DNA of 64,000 nt from the NCBI GenBank assembly GCA_965112735.1, contig OZ218952.1:620001-684000 (forward strand), written 5' to 3'. The notes beneath the pieces were generated by a model that saw nothing but the letters and a program-made list of their open reading frames with translations, was not told where the DNA came from and did not search any database. This DNA comes from Phaeosaccion multiseriatum. Its lineage: Eukaryota; Protista; Ochrophyta, other classes. Both the position numbers and the translations under genes were made by a program. Of this stretch, positions 12,701 through 33,812 are shown one piece after another; position 1 is the first letter of the stretch, and every line of letters starts with the position of its first letter.

Positions 12701-15700
12701 CCTTCTCCTCCCGTAGCTTCTCCTCCGCCTCCTGGCCTTGTCGCACACGGGCCTCCAGCTCCTCCACCGTGTTGCTGTGGGCCGTAATCAGGGCTTCCTT
12801 CTCTGAAACCAACGTCTCCATCTCAGTGATAAGCGCCTCCTTCTCCTCCCGCCCTTGACGCACGCTGGTCTCGAGATCCTCCACTTTAATGCTGTAGGCG
12901 GCCTCACTGCTTCGTCCACTGGCCTCAAGCTGCTCCACTTTGCTGCTGTGGGCCGCCTCAGCGGTTCGCAGCGCCTCGAGCAAGCGGTCGATTTCGTCCT
13001 CTGAGGATTCCAATTGCGCTGCTGCCTCCACAATCTGTAGACGTACAGTGACGGGAGAGAGAGACAGAGAGAGAGGAGGAGGAAGGTCACAAAGAGGTAA
13101 AGAATACGAACCTCTGATTCGTCTGACAAATGTCGCCCCGTCTCTCCCACCTCCTCCTCCTCCTCCTCCTCCTCCTCCTCCTCCTCCTCCTCCTCCTCTC
13201 TGCATACACCTAATTCTCTCTCTCTCCTGTCTGTAGTTTGTGGTCTCACTCACCTTGGAGTGCTTGGTCTGCAGCTCCTTCTCATGCGTGGCTTTGAGCA
13301 GCTTGAGCTCAAGCGCCGACGTGCTGCCCTGCGTCTTGCTCTGCTCCATACGTGCCTCCAGCTCCTTGTTGGACGTCTCGAGCGCGGAAACCTTTGCGCC
13401 CATGTCCCCCAGGCTCTTGTCCCTGGCCTCGACATCGACCGTCAGTGCGGCGACCCGCTGTGTAGACGCGGATAGGCCTTCCCGAGCCTCTGTTAGGCTA
13501 CTCGTGAGGGTACTGATCAGCATCTGCGCCTCCTCCAGCTCACTAAGGAAGGAAGGAGTGTCGTATGACGAAATAGGGAAGATGCGTAGGGGTGTGGGTG
13601 GGTGGGTAGGTGCGTGTTGGTGGTGGTGTGGTTGTGTGTGCGTACATGTGTGGCCCCATGCACACACTCCCCTCTCCCTTGTGTGGCACAGGATTGTTTC
13701 GCGTCCTCACTTCAACCTGCCGGTCACTTCACAAAGCAATTTATTCTCCCGGCTCATCCCCCCCAAAATCACATGACAAACACACACACACACACACACA
13801 CACACATCCTGCGGCACACACGCACACACACACGCACGACCACCCAAGAAGCAGAAGAGAGCCTAGACTCACTTGGTTTTGCTCTCGAGGGCTGTAAAGT
13901 GGCTCTCCTTCTCAAGCAACAACTGCTTGTACTCCGCGTGCCCCTTGTTGAGGGTCTCCTTCGCCTTGGTACTCTCCGCCTCCACCGCTTTCCGCAGCGC
14001 TTCATTGTCGCTCCGCAGCCGAGAGACGGTTTCAACCTGTAACCGTTGAAACTCGCGTTCCTCTGTAGAGCCCCAGGCGAACGCTCCGAGCTGCTCTACC
14101 CTGCCTCCAATCTCCTTAATCTCGGAGTTGAGGCTCTCCTCGGACGCGGTGAGCGAGTCTTTAAGCGCGTCAATCTCTCCCGTGAGCACGGCTCTGCACG
14201 AGCACGACAAGCGAAAGGAGGTAGGGGATTAGGGGAGAGGGAGAGGGATGAATCCGGTCACTGAGGTAGGGCTGGATGGAGAGAGAGAGAGCGGAGAGGG
14301 CGGAATCAAGGACGAAGTGGGCGGCGGCAGTGGAGATGAGTAGGTAGGGGGGTTTGAGGGTGGCTCTGGCTCAGGGCCGTTTGAGTTGTTCCTTAGGGAA
14401 AGAATAGCGAGCGGGCCTGCATGAAAACACAAAACGCAAACTCAAACCCATCCCCCAACCCTCCAACCCGACCCAAGCCGACCGGACCCACAACAACCCC
14501 CCCCCCCCCCTCCTCCTCCTCCTCCCGACCCTCCTGTTTGTTTCCATTCCATTACACCCCACCCACCTCTCCGCATCGGGAGTCTTCTTCCGAAAGCCCT
14601 CAATGGTCTTGTCCCGAAACTTGAGCATCATGGTGACTTGGTTCACCTTCTTGTCGCTGGCCTCCACCTGTGCCTTCATGACCTGCTCTCTTAGTTCGGC
14701 AGCGCTGCTCGATCGCTCGGCAGCGTCTGCGCGTTGCAACGCGAGCACAAGCATCTCGTCATGGCTTGGCCCCTGCCCCTCAACGCCTGCGCCCCTCTCC
14801 TGTCCCGTCGCCGCTGAGCCGTCCATACCAGCGGCAGCGTCGGAGCCGTCTGCACTCACCCTCGGCAAAGAGAAGGTAGGTAAGCCGCCCCCCTCCCCCC
14901 CCATGCTGCTCCCACTACCGCGCCGTTTCAATGGACTTCCCCCTCCTCCTCCGTCCCGCTGCAGCTGTGCCCTGAGGCCCGCAATCTCTCTGCGCATTGC
15001 CTCAATGTCGCCGGTGGTGTCTTCGTTGACCACCGCAAGGTTTTTGATCATCTTCGCCCTCTGCGCGAATTGGAGCGTTGACAGCGTCTCTCCGGCATTC
15101 TCCAGCGCAGGGGACAGCGCAGCCACCAGCATGGTCTTGGAGTTGCCCCCCAACGAGTCTCTCAAGAGGAAGGTCAACTTGGAGTCACGGTAGTGGATGT
15201 GGCGATTCTTCAGCCCGCCCGACCGCTCCACCAGCGCGTTGATAACCTGCCCGAGCACCGACAGAGACCGGTTGATGTTGCTGGCCTCCTTGAGGCGTTC
15301 CCCTGTCGCGTTGGTGCTCTTTTGCCTCTCCGACCCCGCCAGGTCGACGAGGTTAAAGCAGGCTGTCTTGGTGCGAGTGAGCCCTCCCTCCGACTCGAGT
15401 GAAACGATTTTGAGAGTGAAAACGGCGTGGCTGCGAGACGACTCTCGGTTCATGGCCGTCTCCCCCACCTTACGGTTCCCAAAGCCATTGTTGATGATCT
15501 GGAGCGCCGACTGCGCGCCCTTCACCTCTGAGTCCACAAGGCCCTCTACATACACACCCTTCTTGGTGTCTTCGCGCACAGGCAGCTCCTCACCGGGGTT
15601 CGAGGCGAGCAAATCGAAGACTCTGATGATTGGGGAGGGAGGACGAGAGAGGGAGGTGGGGCCAGCATTGAGTGAGGACTCAGTTATACAACAGGGGGAG

Positions 15701-17075
15701 ATGCGGTTCCAAAGACAGCCCAAGGCAGCCCCCCTCCTCCTCCTCCTCTTACCCCCTGACCTACCCTACTCTACCCACCTCTCGTTGAAGATCTCGTAGA
15801 ACGAGCAACTCAGTGTGTACGAGAGTTTCCCCTCCGAGGCGTGTACTTTGGCATGGAAGTTCTCGTACAGGTAGCGCAGCACTCGGGGCACGAGCCCCGG
15901 CGATTCGTCGTCTGCTGCTACTGCTGTTGCGGCTGCTCATATATTAATATGTATGTAGATATATGTATGCCATTTGTGGTGGAGGGTCGAGCGCGTGGGG
16001 AGGAGGGGAGAGGCAAGGGTGTCAGGGAAGAGGAGCGACCCGCGTTCATAGTATGTTGCAGAGGGCTGGGTAGACACAAGGAGAGCTTGTGGTGCGGATG
16101 AGAGAGAGAGAGAGAGGGAGAGAGCAGTACACCCGTTGCACGGGGAGGGCGATACCACAGCAAAGGAACAGTGTAACGCTGCGAGTGCCCGCCGAAGCCT
16201 CCCCACTACGATAAGACTCGAGATGTGGACGGATGTGGACTCAATGGCGAGTTTGTTCCGTCCATGCAGGAGAGGAATGCTATCAGTACAGAGGTGGTGG
16301 CTCACCTGTGTTTGCGCTGATGCCCAAGGGGTCCTCCGCTCCCATGTCTCCGAACGTCGTAAATGTCTTACCTGTGACACGAGGAGGGAAGTATGGGAGG
16401 GAAGGGAGGGGTAGGGGGAGGATATAGTTCTTGTTTGTATCAGACGGAAAAGACGATGGCGTTCTTTGTACCACTCAAGTCGAGTATGAGAGAAGAGTTC
16501 TTTTGCTCATCAAAGCCTTGTCAGAGAGCGAGTGACGAGGAAACTAGAAGGTACGTAGGCAGGGCATCACATCGTATCTCATTACATGACGCACCTGAGC
16601 CAGTCTGGCCATAGGCGAAGATGGTGCCGTTGTACCCAGAGAGACAAGCGTCTGTGATGGGCACCCCCACCTGAGCGATCAGAGAGGTAGCGGGATGGAA
16701 GGTAAGACCGAGAGGGATGGAGCGACAAGTGCGGGCAGAGAGTGGTGAGACATGTGTATGTGTGAAGATGGAAGTATGCAAGAATGAGAAAGCGAAGAGG
16801 GCTTGAGAGAGGAGGAAAGAAAGGAGGTAGGTCAGGTTCTTCTTCACCTGCTCAAAGACTTGTTTCTGCGTGCTTTCCTCGCCCGCGCACCAATCAAAGG
16901 TAAAGGTCTTCTCATCCCCCGTCTTGCTCTTGAGGGAGAGGGCTGTGTTGTCCGCCGCTACTGTCACACATCGCCGAGGATTGGTTCCCTCCCGCGACGT
17001 TGGGGGGCGCACACGGCACACAACCTTGATCCGCTCCACCACGTCTTCTGCACTTGCAGCTGGCGGCTGGTCCAT
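9721..17075 (-). CDS. KIF15: Kinesin-12 (KIF15-like) motor protein, ~10 exons
   Basis: Motor motifs IKVVCRVRP, GYNGTIFAYGQTGSG-KT, NRESSRSHAVF, LVDLAGSE and HIHYRDSKLTFLLRDSLGGNSKT. Post-motor MMLKFRDKTI, a long coiled coil, and C-terminal GHKNTNQKIK..KLKEEI resembling the KIF15/HMMR tail. Confidence 0.9.
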
Positions 17076-17766
17076 GCCGATTTTCTCCTCCTTAAACTAC
17101 TTCTCGCTCTCTCTAGTCCTGCTTCTAGTGGATTGTAGTCGTACGATGAAAAAGGGGAATTTCCAAACCGTCATTTGTTGGCTTATCGCGCCTCGCAAAC
17201 ACACAGCCACATCGACACACACACACACACACACACCTGTAGGCAGTGTCCGCGGGCACAGCAAATACTTCACTGTATACGCAAAATTGGTCTCATTTTC
17301 TTTGTTTACTGGAGGGAAACTGACCTCTTACCCATCACAATGGGACAATGGTATCGAATGGTACGCACTTGGTGAGGGAGTCAGGATTGGGTAGCAGGGG
17401 AAGGGAAGATGCACGACCCCACCCGCTCATGGCTTCTTTCTTTACTGCTGGCCGATGCAATGTGGAAGCTACTTTGTTACCTGCCACACGTTACTGCGAC
17501 ACGCGACACGCGACACCCACACGCCCACCCACCCACCCACCAACGAATTGGAACCAACCACAAACAACAGTGAAACGCCAGCCAAACAACAGTGAAACAC
17601 CAGCTAGATGAATAGATCAGTGCTGACCCTGTTCCTGCTCCGCTGCAATTCCGCAATCAAAAGAACCAAATAACCCACCACCCCCCCACCAGCCCGTCCT
17701 TCACCCCCGTCCGCGCACTCGCACTCCCCTCCCCTCATCTAAATCCTTCCTTCGCTGCGATGGTAC

Positions 17767-18013
17767 TCAGAATTTACAGGACCTGACCCACTCAGCAGAT
17801 CGCTTGACGAATTGGTTGTATTGGCACTGCTCCTTGTGCTCTGCGTACATGAAAATGAAGGTGGCAACGTCGTCGTCCAGGCCATGCGCCTTGAGCGCCT
17901 TGTAGTAGCCCTCCTGTAAGCACAGTACAGCAGGTGGTGATACAGCATTGGAGAACAGCACGGCATAGAAGGACACCAACAAGCAAGAGAGGAGGAGCAG
18001 AAGCAGCACAAGC

Positions 18014-18044
<31 letters not shown>

Positions 18045-19980
18045 AGAGAGAGCGAAGTAGAGGGCAAAGGCGAGGGAAGGCAAAGCAGAGGAGGTGTCAA
18101 TGAATGGACCGTTAAGAGTACACGTTCTCTGGACGACATAGCCGAGAGCGAGAGAGACGAAGTATGAAAAACGTGATGTGTAGTGTAATGGATGTAACGC
18201 CGTTATGACTCGTATGCATCCAAGAGCCAGGGCACTCGTCCCGTCGGGTCGATAAGCAAACAAGTCCAGCAGGAGGGCGAGCGGCAACAAGGGGCATCCA
18301 CCCCAAGTTTAAGAACCGGCCCCCGCGGCGCTGGCCTCGGCCTCGACCTGGCATGCAGCCTTAAGGACGGCGGGGCACGCAGGTGGTGGAGGCGCCGGCG
18401 GGAATAACTCCCACCAGTGCAAAAAAAGGCTCCCCTGCGTTCACTATGCCAAGGTGTCTGGGCTCACTCGAGACTGATTTAACTCGAGGAGTAATTGTGT
18501 CCTTGGGGGGGGGGGGCATCTCTCTTATCTGTGTGTACGTCTGTCCCGTCTGTCTACACATCCATACGACCTATCCATCAATCAATCAATCAATCAATCT
18601 ATCCATTCCACCCACCCACTCGCCATTCAAACCCCTCCCTCTCCTCCTCCCTTCCCTCTCTTCCCTCCTCCTCCTTTCCCTCTCTTTCCTCCCTCCCCTG
18701 CCCCTCCGTCCTCCTCCTTCTCCTCCTCCTCCTCCTCCTCCTCACCTGCACGTCTGGCTCCATCTCCGTGAAAGTCGGTCCGTAGTACCTCATCGGTTTT
18801 CCTTCCTCATCGTATGTCACCGACTCATCCTCCGGTATGTGAAATACACTCTCGATGCTAAATTTGTCCGACGCAAGGCCTGTGAATCGGAGCGTGCCCC
18901 CCGGGTTGGAGATGTCCGCCCGGTAGATGAAGCCCTCCTTCTCCTCCTCTTGGTTCATCATGTAGTCGGGGTCCTCCATCTGCTCGTCTCCTTCTTCTGG
19001 CGGGTAATTCTCCTCCGGCTCCTCGGTTACAATGTCCTACAGCAAAAAAGGTGATACAGCAGCAGAGATAGGAGGACGGGGAGGAAGAAGGGGGAGAAGA
19101 AGAAGAGGAGGAGGAGGGGGAAGAGGAGAAGGAGAAAGAGGAAGGATAGCAGCAGCAGGCAGCGTTGGCCGCGGAGGGGAAACAAGGGGAAGAGCTGGGG
19201 GTGAGTGGGCGCTTCCACGGACTGAGACGAAGGCTCACCGCGTCCGCTTGGCCCACCGCCCCCCCCCCCCCCCGCCCCGTGTTCACCTACCTGACAGCAT
19301 ACCCTGACGTTGACCTTGTATCGGTTATTCTCCCCCCTGGTCTTGATGTTGAAGAAGGAAGTCTCGTCCCCCTCGTCCGTCACCACCAATCCCTTGGCCA
19401 GGATCTTCTCGTTGAGCACCTTCATCGCTGCAGTGGCACGCCGGGAAGGGGGCAAGAGAGAGAGGGGGGGGGGGTCAGCGGTGACAGCAAGGGCCCATGG
19501 TGCCAGGAGAGGGGCATATGCGGTTGTGAAGCAGTTGGCTAGTCGACCTTAGGAGGGGAAGCCGGATGTTTCCCGACTCAAACGAGCAGCTCCCCCCTCA
19601 GTGCCGCGCGCGTTCTCGACCTTCTTGCGCGCCTCACGCACACTCAAACCGAGCAGCACCCCCATCCCTCCTTCGCGCGAGCAATGAGCAATGCACTTAC
19701 TATCCATGGCCTCCCCGACGTCGATGTCATCCTCCTCCCGCGCTTCCCTCTCCAAGGCCTCCGCAAAGTCATTCAGCGGGCTCGTGGCCATGCCTCTGCA
19801 AGGCGCTGCCACGGCGGACTGCTGGCCCCGGCCCACACTACACATGGGCATGCCGCAAGGGCTTGAGTTCCCCGCTAGTGCCGCTGTTCGGCCCACTTTT
19901 TCTACTGCTGCTCGCTGCCCCTGCTTGTTCAGCACACGCCCGGCTGCCCGCATCAACGAAGGTCCCGCCGCGCGAAACAT
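17767..19980 (-). CDS. MAM33: Mitochondrial acidic matrix glycoprotein (MAM33/C1QBP family), multi-exon
   Basis: Arg/Ala-rich presequence MFRAAGPSLMRAAGRVL; acidic body; C-terminal YYGPTFTEMEPDVQ/EGYYKALKAHGLDDDVATFIFMYAEHKEQCQY..FV. Confidence 0.85.
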
Positions 19981-20505
19981 TGCAGGAGAAGAGTGGGACA
20001 CTAAAAGTAGGCAGGTGGCGACTGACAAAGAGTATATGCTATGCAAAGAAGACTGTGTGGTAAGAGAGAGGGGGGGGAGGAAAAAGAAACTCGTACTGGC
20101 CCCTGTCGTAAGCGATGAAATTGGATTTTGAACTGCTCGAGGGGGATGTTGATAATAAACAGAGAGAGAAGGGAGGTACATTGCGACATCGTCCCACGGG
20201 AGGACTAGGCTTTGGGCTTGCTTCAGCTCCGGCGCTGAAGCGGGCGCGCGAGGTGGGAGGGGAGAGGAGCAGCCTGGAGTACAGCGGCAGGCAAGTTCAA
20301 TTTTACTGACGAGGAGCAGGACGTAGAAGAGGACGGAGAGGGAGAAGGAGTACACTTCATGTCGGTATGATGCATCCGTGGGGAATCAGCACTGGCAGGG
20401 CCTGAACCTTTCTTCCCTCCCCTCTCCTCTCTTGTACATCGCTCTCACTCTGCCGGCCGCCCCTCTCTCCGATCAGCGCTGAGCAGGAGGACAGGTCCGA
20501 CAATC

Positions 20506-28288
<7,783 letters not shown>

Positions 28289-28994
28289 TCACCCCATCAA
28301 GCGGCGGTCGGGGTGAGGGGGGAAGGAGAAGGGGTTGCTCGTTTGCTCGGCGTCGGGTCGTCGAGTTTCCTGCGCTGCATTGGAGGAGGGAGAGTGGTGC
28401 CTAGGTTTATCATGGACGAGTAGCTCTTTTTACTACCTCATTCCTCGTAATTAATTAAAATACTACTTAGTACTAATTACTTCAGTGATTTTAATATCCC
28501 TGCAATGTAACCTCGATGAAGTATGAAGTCCTATTTTTTATTGGCCTTCATTCTTCTTCTCGTACAGCGTACAGTGTTGTAGGACTTTTAATTAGGGGAA
28601 AAAAAAAAAAAAAGTTTTCGAAGTTTTTTTTTTTTCTCTTCTTTTAGTCTCGTTTTGGCCAGCTGGTTTTGGCGCATCCACACGTGGAGTGTAGTCTAGA
28701 GCAACTAGAGTTAAGCTCTAAAACCCTCCTCCAAGGACCAAAAATGACCTAAAACATCAATTTTCTGACTTTCTGTGCCTATCATTTTCGTCCCTTTTCG
28801 GGGTTACTTACACTTGTGGGGACATAATACCCTTGCTGTTCGGGGTAACGAACGCACGAAATCGTACTAGCAGCGTATCCCCCCCTCCGGTTGTAAGTAC
28901 TTACTTACTTACTTTTAAGTACCCTTGTCCATGCACACACACCAAAACCCAAACCAAAACCCAAACCCACACCACATCATGGCACAGCAGAACA

Positions 28995-29742
28995 TCACAA
29001 GTAGAGCACAAAGCGTCCGAGGTTGTACTCGTGCTCTTCTGCCCTTAGTCCGAGCTCCTGCCGAGCATAAGCCAGGAGCTCGGGTCTGAGCACAGCCCCC
29101 CTTTCCCCCTCGCTGTGCCTTCCCTTGCCCGTAACCACCTCCACTCGCTGCCCGCTCAGCGAAGCCTGATGCGGTGATGATGATGACGACGACGACGATG
29201 ATGATGATGATGATGCCCTCTTCCTCACGTGGCGAAGAGCCGCTTTGGCCGCGCTGAGGCGAAAGCCATGAAGGTCCATAATGTTCTTGGCCTTATGCCC
29301 CCCCTTAACCTTCTCCCCACCGCCCCCGTCCTCTCCTACGCGCTCCTCCGTACCGCCCGCTTTGCCATCGCCATCACCATCGACATCGCCCATATGACTG
29401 CTGCTGCTGCCGCTGCTGCTGCCGCTGTTGCCCATATGTCTGCTGCCATCGCTGGCACTTGACACCCAGTATTTCAGCAGCCCCAGCCTGTGCCCCTCTT
29501 CGAAGATGTCGTCCGCGGCCTTGTTGTCCTTGTCCCCCTGTTGCCCCCTCTCCTCCTTACGGTTGCCGCTGCACGCATCCATTGCCTCTACAGCGACGTT
29601 GTAGAGCAACGCAGTGCGCCTCCCCTCCGCCACTCGCCACAACACTTCTCGCGCTCTCTCAGGAAGCCCAGCCTGCCCGCAGAGGCGAATGGCAGCGCAG
29701 TATACCTCCTCCGTCCCATCAGCACTAATATCGCCCATATGA

Positions 29743-29774
<32 letters not shown>

Positions 29775-31757
29775 CATATGACCTGTGGTGGTGGTGGTGA
29801 TAGTGGTCGAGCCCTCTGCCCTGGGCTGGTCGGCGCTGCCCCTTTCCCCCAGCCCCTTTCCCCCGCCCTGCTCGCTGCTTTGCTCCATTTGCCTGAGTAC
29901 TTCTGAAACGTCGTCAAAGTATCCCGCCTGCCCGAGCAGAGACACACTAATAGAGTACTCCTGCTTGGTGCGACACACTTGAGAAGGCTTCCTTCGTGTT
30001 TTGGCGCCGTAGATGGAAGAAGAAGGAGGAGAAGAAGCGGACGGCCTCAGACACTGAGTGAGCTCGAGAGCCCGATCGAGCTCACCAGCACGGCGACAGG
30101 CGTCCACAATCACCGCCAGCCCCACCCCTGCCTTCATCTCGAAGGGGAGTCCCAACCTCTCGTCTATGAGCTTCATGGCGGAAGAGTGGTCGCCAGCCCT
30201 CGAGCACGCCGCAATGGAAACCTCCAGACTGTTTACAGAGGGGGTCACCCCCACGGCCCTCAAGTCTGCCAGCAGCTGCAGTACGTTCTGTGCTTGTGTC
30301 TGGGCCGTCACCACCTCCTCCTCCTCCTCTTCCTCCTCCTCCCCCCTTTCCATGCTGCTGTTGCTGCTGATACTGCTGGCCTGTGCACACATGATGATGG
30401 CGGCGTTGGCCATGATGGGCGTGAGTGTGAGGCGCCGCTCCACCTTGACAGCGTGCATGACCTGATCCAGCAGAGCCTGCTCGAAGCGGCCCGACTTCCC
30501 TACGGCGTACATGGCACTGGAGAAGCTGCGCTCGTCCGGCATGAACCCCTTGGCTTGCATCTGGGCAAGGAGACGGAGCGCGTGATGCGGGTGGGGGTCG
30601 TTGGTGACGCATGCCGCCAGCGCTGCGTTGTAGTTGATGAGGTCAGCAGAGACGCCGTTGTCCTCCATCTCCTGCAGCAGCTCTACGGCTCTGTCCGCGT
30701 GTCCCCCTTGCCTGCAGGCGGAGAGCGCTGCGTTGTAGGTGATGACGTCGGCGCGGAGGCCTCGACTGCTCATCTCTCCGTGTAGTCTCATTGCTTCGTC
30801 GAACATGTTCGCCTTGGCACATGCGCCGATCACTGTACTGTAACTGATGTGGTTAGGTGCAACATTCCCTCCTCCTCCTCTTCCTCGTGCTGCTCTTTCT
30901 CCTTCTGTATCCTCCTTTCCGCCACCCCCACGATCCAGCCCCTTCATCTCCTCCAGTAGCGCCAAGGCAGCGGCGGCATCTTGCCCCCTTTCGCAGGCCA
31001 CGAGCGCAGCGTTGTAATTCACCACGTCTGGTGCCAAACCCCACTCCTCGCGCATCTCCCTCAGCAAGTCGACCGCAAGCTCGGGATGCCCTGCCCGACC
31101 GCAGGCAGTGATGGCTCCGGAGTAGGTGACGTTGTTGGGGGAGAATCCTCGCTGCCTCATCTCCGAGATAAGGGCCAGGCACCCTTTCCACCGTCCGCAG
31201 CGACCGAGAGCGATGACGGCGGCGCTGTATAGCCGCGTGCTCAATTTCAGCCCCTCTCTGTCTGCCTCTTCCAGCATGGGGGCTACCTCTCTCCACTTGC
31301 CCTCCCGACCCAAGCCTTGCAGCCTGCGTAGTAGCGCCTGCTGCTTCAGCTCGGTCGTATTGTGACTCCGCCTCCCCCGCAGAACCCAATCGGGCGTCTT
31401 TACGGGCCCAGCTTCCATCTCTGCTGGTGCTGCTGCTGGTGCTGCTGCTCCTCCTCCTCTTCCTGCTCCTCCTGCTGCTATTGCTGCGGCTGCTGCGGCC
31501 CCCCTCCCCCCTCCCCTTCCCTCAGCCACTGCTGCAGATACTGCCGATCCTCCTCGTCGTCCTCCTCCTCCTCCTCCTCCTCCTCCAATGCTACTCGTCG
31601 ATGCGGGTGCGAGAGAGGCGGGAGCGACATGCACCTGCCGAGCACCGAGGGCGACCCCACCACCACCACCATCCCTGCGGCAGCTAGGCTTACGTTTCCC
31701 CCCCAAACTGCCAACCTTCGATACATGGCGCCACCACTGCGTTTTGCCTCGCACCAT
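28995..31757 (-). CDS. PPR-SMR protein (pentatricopeptide repeats plus C-terminal Smr domain), 920 aa, intronless
   Basis: Repeated ~35-aa units (e.g. PNNVTYSGAITACGRAGHPELAVDLLREM); C-terminal MDLHGF...VVTGKGRHS...LRPE..NLGRF. Confidence 0.92.
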
Positions 31758-32099
31758 GCTATTTTCCGTTTGTGGCTTATGAGGAGTATAGTATATTACA
31801 CCCTTAAGAGGAGTGGAGCCATTTGTATAAGTATACCAGTTGGTGCTCCATTCCTTCTCTTCTTTTTTCTTTTTTTCCTCGCGCTCTCAGAGCTTGCAGA
31901 ATTGTTAATTTTTCTGCTTTCAATTGCAGTCGTATGGCCGTACAAGAAGGCCCGATGGAAGCGTGCTTATTGACTCTTGTACCTCAGAAAGGGAATCACG
32001 AAACTATGATTTACATCATTTGACCTTGGATGGGATTGAGGTTGGAGAGAAAGTGCATCGACACACCGCCACCAGAACCACAGGGACAAGCGGGCGGCA

Positions 32100-32710
32100 T
32101 GAATGCGTTGCGTCAGAAGTTGGCGTCCTCGCTACGCGGTGGACTGAACCCAGGCCAGCAGCAGCAGCAGCAGCAGCGGCGGCAGGAGAAGAAGAAGAAG
32201 GGGCAGGAACAGCAACAGAAGAAACAGCAAAAGCAAAGTGTTCCCGTAAAGGGCAAGCGGGCGCCCTCAGTGGAAGGCGCGCCAGTCTGCGATTGGACCA
32301 AGCTTGAGCTGAATCGTTGCCCGTCGTCTCCCCCTGTCGCCCGCACTAGCAGTACGTGCAGCATGCACAGTAGTAGCAGCAGCAGCAGCATCAGCAGGAG
32401 GAGGAGCGGCAGCGGACCCCAGCCGAAACCCGAGACTCACAACAAGGGCCACGAAAGCCCACATGGAGAGGCAGGGGCGAGTGAGGACAGCTTCGACCGC
32501 AACATACGAGAGGGGCGGCGAGGCAGGAGAGTGACCTTCAAGCCTACTGTGACGTGCCGGGCAATCGAGAGCTGTGCAGACCACAGTGTGGCGACCAAGA
32601 GGGCGTTGTGGTACACTGTTCGGCAAATGGACGACTTCTTTTTCGAGGCGGAAGAAGAAGATTTGCTGAGGCGGGAAAGGCGGAGGTCTCTGGACGACGA
32701 GTGGACATGA
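32100..32710 (+). CDS. Hypothetical low-complexity protein with RVTF..V....I...D.....LWY motif
   Basis: ATG at 32100; Gln/Ser-rich. C-terminal RRVTFKPTVTCRAIESCADHSVATKRALWYT resembles a motif seen in ochrophyte hypothetical proteins and contains an RVxF PP1-docking-like sequence. Confidence 0.6.
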
Positions 32711-33812
32711 CAACCGGGGAGCGAATGTTGGCAGGGCCGGTCGCTTGCAGAGGCAGTGCGACGAGCACCACAAGCAAAAAGAAAACGCACCAGCAGAGGG
32801 CACACACGCGTCCATCTCGCCGAGAGGCCAAGTGTAAATATCAACACCCCCATACCCCGGCCTGCCTCGGAGTGAATGCGAGAGTGCAAGCAAGCCCCGA
32901 AGGCTCGAGTATCATATTGCAGCGATGGAGTACCATATTGCAGCGATGGATGTAACGTACACGACCAACAGGCCTTTCGCGGCGAAACGAGAGCAGACAG
33001 ACCAATTCGGCAACCAGCGCCCTCCTGGTGGGGTGGCGGGTTGCGTTGCTCCTGTTTCGACAGGCCGTCACGTCGCCAGCCTTGCGTTCACAGTCAAGGT
33101 GTGAAGACGAGGAAGAGAGGGGAGGGGAAGGGGCGGGGGGCGGCCTGAGGCCTTGATACTTGCCGCGACCCCGCGGTCTCTGAGACATTCCTTTGGTGCG
33201 GCACAGTAAGTAGCTTGGCCTAGCAAGCTTTTGAAGCCCAAGGTGGGGGAGAGAGATGGGGGGTGACATGCCGACCGAGCGCGCGAGCGAGCGAGAGCCC
33301 TCCGAGCCACGCTCGCCCGCACCAACCCCCAATCATTTTGGGGTGCTGACTGGGCTTAGAGAGAGAGAGAAGACCAAGCCTTTAGTAGGGGGGGGGGGGT
33401 TGGGAGATTAAGCGGGTCGGGTGCTTTCTCCGCTGCTCACAATCAACTCACAACCTCAAACCTACGATACCGCGCTTGTGCTCGAAGTGATGAGGCGGCA
33501 GACCTACGCCTGCCTTGAGTAACTGTGGGATGTTGATATCCTTGTCGAGGGGTGAATTGATGGTGAGTAGAGGGGAGAAGGTGCTCCATTCTGCTTAGTC
33601 CACGAGGGAGACGGGTTTGAATTGTACATGACCAACTAGTTGAGCTCGTCACGCGCCTCACGCGTAAAGAGCCGCCCCCTTCTGGGGTGGCTGACTCAGA
33701 ATTGTTTACATACGAACGTCTTAATTGTTATAATACCATGAAGCAAAGGTACGATATATAAGGAGAGAGTTGGCGCTCTGGTTCAAAAAAAAAGAAAAGA
33801 ACCTATCAGGCA

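Noticed and set aside
10248-12858. Long + strand ORFs (e.g. 521 aa at 10520)
   Set aside because: Antisense shadows of the kinesin coiled-coil exons.
19970-19977. E2F-like site GCGCGAAA upstream of TIMELESS
   Set aside because: It coincides with the first codons of MAM33 (ATG TTT CGC GCG), and a single 8-mer in GC-rich DNA is not significant.
33480-33700. Box C (GTGATGA) and box D (CTGA) as a snoRNA
   Set aside because: The boxes are ~200 nt apart with no terminal stem or recognisable guide sequence.
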